Assembly (NCBI GenBank): GCA_001661245.1
Contig: KV454014.1
Coordinates: forward strand, 760,954 to 824,953
Origin: Pachysolen tannophilus NRRL Y-2460
Lineage: Eukaryota
DNA: 64,000 bases
Direction of reading: 5' to 3'
Position numbers and translations under genes: made by a program. Numbering within the stretch: position 1 is the stretch's first letter; every line of letters starts with the position of its first letter. The notes under the pieces are model-generated. The model was given only the letters and a program-made list of their open reading frames with translations, was not told the origin of the DNA and ran no database searches. Shown here one piece after another: positions 56,324 to 64,000 of this stretch.

Positions 56324-56359
56324 TATTATAGTAGTATATATGTTATAAAAATCTATAAA

Positions 56360-58194
56360 TTAATTCCTCCATCCTTGTAGTTTCCTAATGGCTTTAGGAC
56401 TTCCTTGAGCTGCAGCTCTTTTATACCATCTTTTAGCTTCATTTAAATTTTTCTTTGTACCAACACCGAATTCATAAAAATACCCAACTGCAAATTCTGC
56501 TTTTGCTAAACCTTTTTCACTGGCCTTTCTTGCCCAAAGATATGCTTCCACGTCATTCTGGGGCAACACATCTTTTGCGCCTGTTAAATACCATCCGCTT
56601 AGTCCCATTGCCGCTACGGGATCACCTAACAGCGCAGCTTTTGAATACCAATAAATGGATTTCGTTGGATTTACTATTACATCCATTGTACCATACTCAT
56701 AACAATGTCCCAATAAGGATTGTGATTTAGAATAATTTAGTTTGGCTGATTTGATATAATATTTAATTGCAAGTGGATAATTTTGATAAAATTTTAAATT
56801 TTTCAATGTTTGTATAATTTCTAAATCTTTTGAATCGTAATCTGGTTTAAGACTTAAAATTTTTAAATCTGTCTCGTAAATTTTGGCCATCATATAATAC
56901 GATAAAGCTAATGACGAAGATGTTGATTCCAATCCTTTATCTTTTGAAATGGCTTGTTCAAACCAATTAAGAGATTTACTAACATCTTTCTGCTGATTAA
57001 GTAATCCTCTAATATATACAATACCTAATTTGCACATTGCATAAACATCTCCTAAATTCGCAGATTTTTCATAAAAATAAAAAGCTTTTTCTAAATCTTG
57101 TTTTGTACCTATTCCATGTTCACAACAACATGCAATTTTATATGTAGCATTTGGATGATTTTTAGAAGTTGCCTTTGCATAAAGTGCAAAACTCTTGATA
57201 ATATCTTTCTTGGGTTCCATTAAATCTTGTAATAATACTCCAGATAATAAGTTACCCAATAATACTTGACTTTCAGAATGATCTTTATCATCTCCAGATA
57301 ATTTAGTTAAAATCTTCATAGCACAATTTAAGAAAATCATTTTATTTTTTTGTAAATCTTTTTCTCCTGTAATCTTTGGAATTTTTTGTCCATTAATATT
57401 TATTAAACAAATTAGTTGGGGATCTTCAATGGTCTTAATTAAAAGTTCAGCCCAACGAAATTGAACTTCAGGTGTGAAGTTGCTATAATCCAGTATCGCA
57501 TCATTTCTGGTCCTGATAAATTTTTGAAAAGGATTTAATTCCTGATGTGGAGCAATTTTTCCGGAACTATCATTATTGTAACCTCCATTTTTGCGACCTT
57601 GTTGTTTTCTGTTTTGTTCTTCATGTTGTTTATTCAGATTCATAATTTCATCCAATAGCTCATTTGTGTATCTCCTTTTACTCCTGGTCCTAACATTCAT
57701 ATTATTGTTATTGTTCTCAGAAGCATTTTCTCCTTCTTCTGTATCATCATTTCCATAGTGATATAAATCTGAACCGCTTGAATCACCAACGTTTTCAGAA
57801 ACTGCTATGGGAGCAACAGGAGCAACAAAAGCATGTGAAACTGAAGAAGAAGCAACGTTAATATTAGCAGCAGAAGCGGCAGCAGCAGCAGCAGAACTCG
57901 AGGACCCGGCAACAGAGTTTGAAGACGCATCTACACGAGTCCTCGCTATTGATTTCTTATCGTTTGAATAAAAATTATCTTTTGGACTATCTAATTCGCT
58001 ATAAGGGGGTGGAGGCTCTTCAAACTCATTTCCATCCCCACCACCACCTTGACTTGTTCTTAACCATAACTGACGTTTCTCGGGACTTGTTTGATTTTGA
58101 CTTTGAACACTTTGACGTTTCAGCCTTGATGGAGTATCATTTAATGAAAAATCTCTAATTCTCGGTGTAATATCAAAATTAAAGTTTTCGGCAA

Positions 58195-58244
<50 letters not shown>

Positions 58245-58407
58245 AAATTATCATTGCTTTCATTAGAATGGCGGTTAAAAGTTGGGATAAATGGATCATT
58301 ACTTCTATAATTCCGATTTTGATCAACCACCAAAGATTCCATAGAAGGTGACGACTGTATGATTGGAAGTTTTGGTGGTAAAGGCGGATGCTCATTCATC
58401 TCTATAC

Positions 58408-58440
<33 letters not shown>

Positions 58441-58561
58441 GATCATTTAAATTTTTACTCCTCGCGTTATAAAAATTAATACTATTCTGTTCATCATAAC
58501 TTGGTCCAAGAGGATAGTTGCTATCATGATTACCTTCTCCATACATCTGATAACTAACCAT
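56360..58561 (-). CDS. SKT5: Sel1-repeat chitin synthase activator family (Skt5/Chs4/Shc1-like)
   Basis: FTPEVQFRW, YKIACCCEHGIGT, LGHCYEYG, SIYWYSKAA, MGLSGWYLTGA...EAYLWARKA, AEFAVGYFYEFGVG, WYKRAAAQG. Confidence 0.85.
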
Positions 58562-58919
58562 TTTTCCATAGAATTAACCAATATGAATTTATATTTATGT
58601 TGTTGTATATAATTTATTGTCTTTGTCTTAAACATTTATCATCTATCAATTTTTCTTCGTGTACTAAAGTGCTACACAACCAAAGTGATGTTTTTATAAA
58701 TGATAATAAATAAGTAGAACTAAGATAATAGTACAATTTAGATTATTTTAAGGAAGATTGATAAAAGAATAAGAGCGGTTAAAATAGGGTTGTATTTTTG
58801 CTCTTCACCTTTCCAAGATTATTTCTTTGGTGGGTATATTTTATTGTAAACTAATTGTTGTTTTTTTTTTTTTTTTTTGTTGGTGAAAAAGTTAAAAGCA
58901 AAAGAAAAAAAAACCCAAA

Positions 58920-61900
58920 ATGAGTTTGAAATCCAAAGATTCTTCTGATGAAGATTCGGATACTGCATTGGCGGCTATCAATGATCAAAATGATTTGATT
59001 CAAGCGACTTCTAAAAACCCTACTGCTGTGTTAGAGTTGGATATGGATTGTAAAGTTAAATTTTTGAGTAGGAATTGGGAGTCAATTGTTGGAACAAAGA
59101 TTACCAAGATTGTAAATAAACCGGTCTCTAGAATAGTTGTTGCAGATTCGGATTTTGATAAAGAAGTTTTCCGTAGAGCAGTTGATATAATGATGGCTGA
59201 TGATACAAGTTATAGGGTTAAATTTCTTGCCGCTACAGATGATGTACCTGGGAGTAATGAAGGTTCAATTCATGAAGATGATAATGACTCGTATACAAAT
59301 GAATTTCAAAATACATTGGAAGTAATGAAAAATAATGAGGATGATCAAAGTAGTACCGACTCGATTATTTCAACCAATGGTGGATTGATAGAAATGGAAG
59401 GCCAGGGGATATTGATACATGATTTAAAGACTCAATTACCTACACACTCAATGTGGATATTAAGACCGTTTGTTCCGATACAAGATTTAATATTAGAGCT
59501 ACCTGTACCACTTGTTGAAAAATTAGGTTTTGGAATAGATATTTTTCAAAATTATTTGATTTCATTAAGTGATATGGGAATAATTGATGAAGAAGCTGTT
59601 CCTGCTCCAAGACAAGTATTATGTAGGATTTGTGAACAACAAGTTCCTGCTTGGTGGTTAGAAAGACATTCGGAGTTATGCTTGGTAGAACATAAACTAG
59701 AAGATGAAGTACAAGAATGTCATGATCAATTGGTGGAACATAAAAAGTTAATTACAAATATAATGCTCAGTTTAGATAATCCTGCTAGCAATGCAGTTGC
59801 CGCTACTGGCAATGGTTCTGGTTCACCAACATCGCCCTCACCATCTCCAGCAATGCTGACTAATACTACTTTTTCGCCAAGTGCCGCATCCGGGAATAGT
59901 ATTAACAATAACAACACTAAAAATACAACACCAGTATCTACTTCAAGCAGTGCTTCCACTACATCTTCTGCAAGTTCTTTCACACCAATTCGAGATTATA
60001 AAGGTTTAACTTTACCAAATCCATTGTCCAATGTCTCATCACCTGTATCTGCCAATAGTACATTATCTCCGAGTTCGCCTTCTCCGGTGAATTCGCCTTC
60101 TGGCACTTCTGGTATAATGAGAAAGAAAAGATCATCTTCAATTTTTAATTCATTGAGATTCCCATTTAAAAATTTAGAAAGATTATGTCAATATTGCGAT
60201 GATGCATTAAGTATTAATCCTGGCGAATTGGTTAGTGTTGATAATAGAACAACAGAGATAGCATATTCACCAAATACAGAAAAGGCAATAAAAGCTGTGT
60301 ATTCGGCAAAGTTGCCTGAATCAAGTGATCCAGCAATAAAGCTTTTAACAGAAGATACTGAATTATATGCAAATAAAAAGACTGATGCAATAGAGAGGCT
60401 TGCTTCTACTATGCAATATTCAGAGAAATTGAAAAGAGAAATTGATTTATTAATATTGGAAACTGTTCATAGTACTGTGAGAAAAATTAGAGAGAAAACG
60501 ACTGGTATCTCAGAATATAATACACCAAGTTTAACACAAACGGAAAAATTTGAAGATAATGACATTGATAACGAAAATGCAAAACTTTGCTCCCCGCAAC
60601 CTATCAAAGCGCCAACAAATTCCAATGAATTGTTTACTGATCCTTATTTATATGGTGATAAATTACCATTAGATAAAACAAATACTAAAGATTCTAGCAG
60701 CTCATATACACCAACATTAAAGTCAAAGGATCATTCTAGATCTATAACACCCAACGAAGTTGTACAACCAAGAAATAAAACTCCAACGATACAGATCAAT
60801 TTAGGGGATCGAAGTAATAGCAGCTCTAACAGCCTTAATACTCCACCAGTTACTTTAAATAATACAGAAACAGATTCAGAAAACAGGGGAAGAAAGCTGG
60901 TAAATACTGCTAGCCGTTCATCGTATCTGTCTCCTAGGAGGCAAATGTCTCCAGCAGCATTTTCAAATTCGCCCATGACTTCCATTCAAAGAAATAGCAG
61001 AACATCTCAAAAGGATAATATCAGTACTTCACATAGCTCAACTCCAGTTCTGTCACCCTTGTTAGCCAGTTATAATAATGAATTACAGCCACAACAGTCT
61101 TTAGTCCAAAGGACGTTAGGTAATACTAATAGCCATACACATTCAAATAGTGTTAGTACTACTGATTCAAGTAATTCTGAAAGGCATTCTTATATTGAAG
61201 GGTATAATAATTTATTATCGCTTTCTAGTTCGGCAAAGCCTCCATTATCACCATTGCTAGTTACTTCTTCAATTAACAAGCAGATTGTTCCCTCAATTAA
61301 AGACTATGAAATTATCAAACCAATTAGTAAAGGTGCCTTTGGCTCTGTATACCTCACTAGAAGAAAGTTGACTGGTGAATATTTCGCCATAAAAGTATTG
61401 AAAAAATCGGATATGATTGCCAAGAATCAAGTGCCCAATGTTAAAGCTGAAAGAGCGATAATGATGCGCCAGGCTGAATCTCCCTATGTAGCAAGATTGT
61501 ATTCAAGTTTCCAAAGCAAAGATTATTTATTTTTAGTAATGGAATACTTAAACGGTGGTGATTGCGCAGCTTTAATAAAAATGTTAGGTTCATTATCTGA
61601 CGCTTGGGCCAAAAGATATATAGCTGAAGTAATAGTTGGTGTTGATGATCTACATAAAAAAGGTATAATACACAGAGATTTGAAACCGGATAATTTGTTA
61701 ATTGATAACATGGGTCATCTAAAGTTGACAGATTTTGGGTTATCGAGGATGGGGTTAATTGGTCGTCAAACGAATTTGAGAAGAAATAGCATCCCAGAGA
61801 CTAGTAATGTGTTTGAAACTGTTCAACAGCAAATTTCAAATCATTCAAGAACTAACTCGGTTACACCTTTTTCTTTATCACCAAACATTGAAAGGGCTCA

Positions 61901-64000
61901 ACTAGCCACTACTGTGATCAATAGCAGTAATCCCGAAACTCTGTCAAATCTCGGCAGTTCTTCTCCTTCAACACCATCAAACTTTTTTGAACAAATTGCT
62001 AGGAGCGAGAAGACAAAAAGGTCGGACTCGAATGCAAGTAGTAGTGACTCGCCACTTTTGAAACCGTTAATTTCAAGAACCAATTCACAGACATATTTTG
62101 CACTCCCCGATGATTATTCCCTGTCAGCAAATATTCAAGAAAATTCTCTACTTCTGCTGAATAACCCATTGGCATTATTTGATCCGCAAAATTCAACCCA
62201 GACTAGAAAGTTTGTTGGTACTCCAGATTATTTAGCTCCAGAAACTGTTGAAGGTGTTGGTCAAGATGAACTTTCTGACTGGTGGTCAATTGGATGTATA
62301 TTATTTGAGTTTTTATTTGGTTATCCACCTTTCCATGCAACCACAGCTAACAAGGTATTTGCAAATATTGTTAACGGCCGAATTGATTGGCCTGATTTGC
62401 CTCAAGAAGAATTTGATAAAATTTGTTCTCCTGAGGCAAAAGATTTAATTACAAAATTATTAGTTAAAGATCCTAGTAAAAGGTTAGGAGTAAATGGTTC
62501 GGAGGAAATAATGAATCATCCCTATTTTAAAGGGGTTAACTGGGAAAGATTGTGGGATGAAGAAGCGTCATTTGTGCCACTATCTGATGATCCAACATCA
62601 ACAGATTATTTTGATTCTAGAGGTGCTGAATTTTCCAATTTCCCAATTGTTGATGATGAAGATGATGATGAAGACGAAGAAGAAGCCGAGAAAGAGGCAG
62701 ATAGTCTTGATTTTTCTAGTGCCACTAAGATATCAACACCGAATGCTTTAAACATATCAAGATCAAGTTCATTTAGTTCTCCTGCTAATAAGTTTTTACA
62801 ACTTCCATTAAAGAATAGAGAAAGAAGAAGCAGCAAATTGAATGAAAACAATTCTAACGAATTTGGATCTTTTCAATTCAGGAATTTGGCAGCTTTGGAG
62901 AAGGCCAATAAGGATGTTATTAATAAATTAAAAAGCGAAAATTTGGAACGCAGAAGCAGTATCTCAGCTTCTTCATCATCTCCAGAATCATTGTCTTCAC
63001 TTGTTCAGCCGTCAAGATCTGGAGGATATTCTTCGCATGTTAATCCTAATAGGAGACCTACATCTCCATCGTCTTTGCATGCATCTGGTGGTAGTAACAC
63101 TCCTACAAGATCAAGTTTTTCTACAGTCCATCCAGGTTCCCCAAAATTAAGATTTAACGTTGCTTACAGTTCATCGGGAGATGAAAACAGTTCGACACCT
63201 CTTAATAATGAACCTTTCTCTGATAGAGGTTCTCCGATTCAGCAACCTCAACAACAGCAAAAACAACAATTACAGCAGCAGCAGCAGCAGCAGCAACAAC
63301 AACAACAACAACAGCAGCAGCAAAAAACTCAACCACATCAAGCCCAGAGTAGATCCACTGATACTGGCTCTCCTGTGCCCAAACTTGCAAAGCAATTTGG
63401 GAAATCTCAGCCACTTTATCCAACACAGCAGTATTCACCACAAAATGCACTTTTCACGCGTGCATTAAACCGTACTCTTAGTGATTTTTCACCATCGAGT
63501 TCAGACAATGAGGACTCACGTAACTCTGCAATAATGAGAGTAAGATCTAGGAGAAGTTCGAGAAGACTTGGATCTGCGTCATCTAATAGTACCAACGAAG
63601 CTATTAGACCATCATTGATAACCTACGATGTTTTATTATGCGAACCAATTCCAATTTTAAGGGAAACAGTACAAAAAATGTTACTGAAATTGGGATGTAT
63701 AGTTGTTGCTATAAAAGATGGAGATGCCCTAGTAAGAAGAGCAACTGGTGAAGTTAAATTTGATTTTATTTTCACTGCTTTAAGGACACCAAAAGTCAAT
63801 TCAATTGATGTTGTTAAATTAATCAAACATACTTCAAGTGTTAATTCAGATACACCAATAATTGCATTAACTGCATATTACAGAGAAGCTAAAAATTCCA
63901 ACGTTTTCAATTATGTTATTGAAAAACCAGTTACAATTGAGATGTTGAGTGAATGCATACAAAAATTTTCAGAACAAAGAAGAAGAAATGCACAAGAAGC
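58920..64000 (+). CDS. RIM15: Rim15/Greatwall-family kinase (PAS, C2HC zinc finger, split kinase domain, receiver-like domain); 3' partial
   Basis: Absent from the ORF track because it has no stop in the window. ATG 58920; NPTAVLELDMD; LCRICEQQVPAWWLERHSELC; IKDYEIIKPISKGAFGSV, HRDLKPDN, DFGLSRMG, FVGTPDYLAPE, TDYFDSRG, EFGSFQFRNL, VLLCEPIPI. Confidence 0.96.
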   Translation, partial: MSLKSKDSSDEDSDTALAAINDQNDLIQATSKNPTAVLELDMDCKVKFLSRNWESIVGTKITKIVNKPVSRIVVADSDFDKEVFRRAVDIMMADDTSYRVKFLAATDDVPGSNEGSIHEDDNDSYTNEFQNTLEVMKNNEDDQSSTDSIISTNGGLIEMEGQGILIHDLKTQLPTHSMWILRPFVPIQDLILELPVPLVEKLGFGIDIFQNYLISLSDMGIIDEEAVPAPRQVLCRICEQQVPAWWLERHSELCLVEHKLEDEVQECHDQLVEHKKLITNIMLSLDNPASNAVAATGNGSGSPTSPSPSPAMLTNTTFSPSAASGNSINNNNTKNTTPVSTSSSASTTSSASSFTPIRDYKGLTLPNPLSNVSSPVSANSTLSPSSPSPVNSPSGTSGIMRKKRSSSIFNSLRFPFKNLERLCQYCDDALSINPGELVSVDNRTTEIAYSPNTEKAIKAVYSAKLPESSDPAIKLLTEDTELYANKKTDAIERLASTMQYSEKLKREIDLLILETVHSTVRKIREKTTGISEYNTPSLTQTEKFEDNDIDNENAKLCSPQPIKAPTNSNELFTDPYLYGDKLPLDKTNTKDSSSSYTPTLKSKDHSRSITPNEVVQPRNKTPTIQINLGDRSNSSSNSLNTPPVTLNNTETDSENRGRKLVNTASRSSYLSPRRQMSPAAFSNSPMTSIQRNSRTSQKDNISTSHSSTPVLSPLLASYNNELQPQQSLVQRTLGNTNSHTHSNSVSTTDSSNSERHSYIEGYNNLLSLSSSAKPPLSPLLVTSSINKQIVPSIKDYEIIKPISKGAFGSVYLTRRKLTGEYFAIKVLKKSDMIAKNQVPNVKAERAIMMRQAESPYVARLYSSFQSKDYLFLVMEYLNGGDCAALIKMLGSLSDAWAKRYIAEVIVGVDDLHKKGIIHRDLKPDNLLIDNMGHLKLTDFGLSRMGLIGRQTNLRRNSIPETSNVFETVQQQISNHSRTNSVTPFSLSPNIERAQLATTVINSSNPETLSNLGSSSPSTPSNFFEQIARSEKTKRSDSNASSSDSPLLKPLISRTNSQTYFALPDDYSLSANIQENSLLLLNNPLALFDPQNSTQTRKFVGTPDYLAPETVEGVGQDELSDWWSIGCILFEFLFGYPPFHATTANKVFANIVNGRIDWPDLPQEEFDKICSPEAKDLITKLLVKDPSKRLGVNGSEEIMNHPYFKGVNWERLWDEEASFVPLSDDPTSTDYFDSRGAEFSNFPIVDDEDDDEDEEEAEKEADSLDFSSATKISTPNALNISRSSSFSSPANKFLQLPLKNRERRSSKLNENNSNEFGSFQFRNLAALEKANKDVINKLKSENLERRSSISASSSSPESLSSLVQPSRSGGYSSHVNPNRRPTSPSSLHASGGSNTPTRSSFSTVHPGSPKLRFNVAYSSSGDENSSTPLNNEPFSDRGSPIQQPQQQQKQQLQQQQQQQQQQQQQQQQQKTQPHQAQSRSTDTGSPVPKLAKQFGKSQPLYPTQQYSPQNALFTRALNRTLSDFSPSSSDNEDSRNSAIMRVRSRRSSRRLGSASSNSTNEAIRPSLITYDVLLCEPIPILRETVQKMLLKLGCIVVAIKDGDALVRRATGEVKFDFIFTALRTPKVNSIDVVKLIKHTSSVNSDTPIIALTAYYREAKNSNVFNYVIEKPVTIEMLSECIQKFSEQRRRNAQE

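Noticed and set aside
63620..63960. Receiver-like domain lacking the usual phospho-acceptor Asp
   Set aside because: Known property of Rim15-family kinases

Overview
AT-rich eukaryotic DNA from a budding yeast (Saccharomycotina), with two N gaps (2565-2898, 15598-15802). It is a gene-dense chromosomal segment with about 25 protein genes: a conserved fungal protein, a divergent BCAT, HSH49/SF3B4, a mitochondrial helical-repeat protein, NDUFAF5, tubulin cofactor D, DUF1769, SVL3/PAM1, an orphan secreted protein, KAP114, TAL1, MTE1-like, a 72-aa small ORF, ETF-alpha, YFH7, RCK2, a degenerate aspartic protease, RSC1/2, an Iec1-like zinc finger, FRS2, PMP3, FCF2, SKT5/CHS4-like, two unknowns, and RIM15 running off the end. 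There is one tRNA-Leu(UAA). No mobile element or CRISPR array was seen. Main observations: (1) in-frame CTG codons behave unlike leucine, pointing to CUG reassignment (Ala slightly favoured, Ser possible); (2) a compact H/ACA snoRNA at about 6265-6554 whose pocket fits 25S rRNA Psi2314 (snR86-like); (3) genes missing from or truncated in the ORF track (spliced PMP3, RIM15, and SVL3 exon 1 carrying a one-base frame discrepancy); (4) a probable pseudo-protease and two orphan proteins. All homology calls come from recalled motifs, not database searches.
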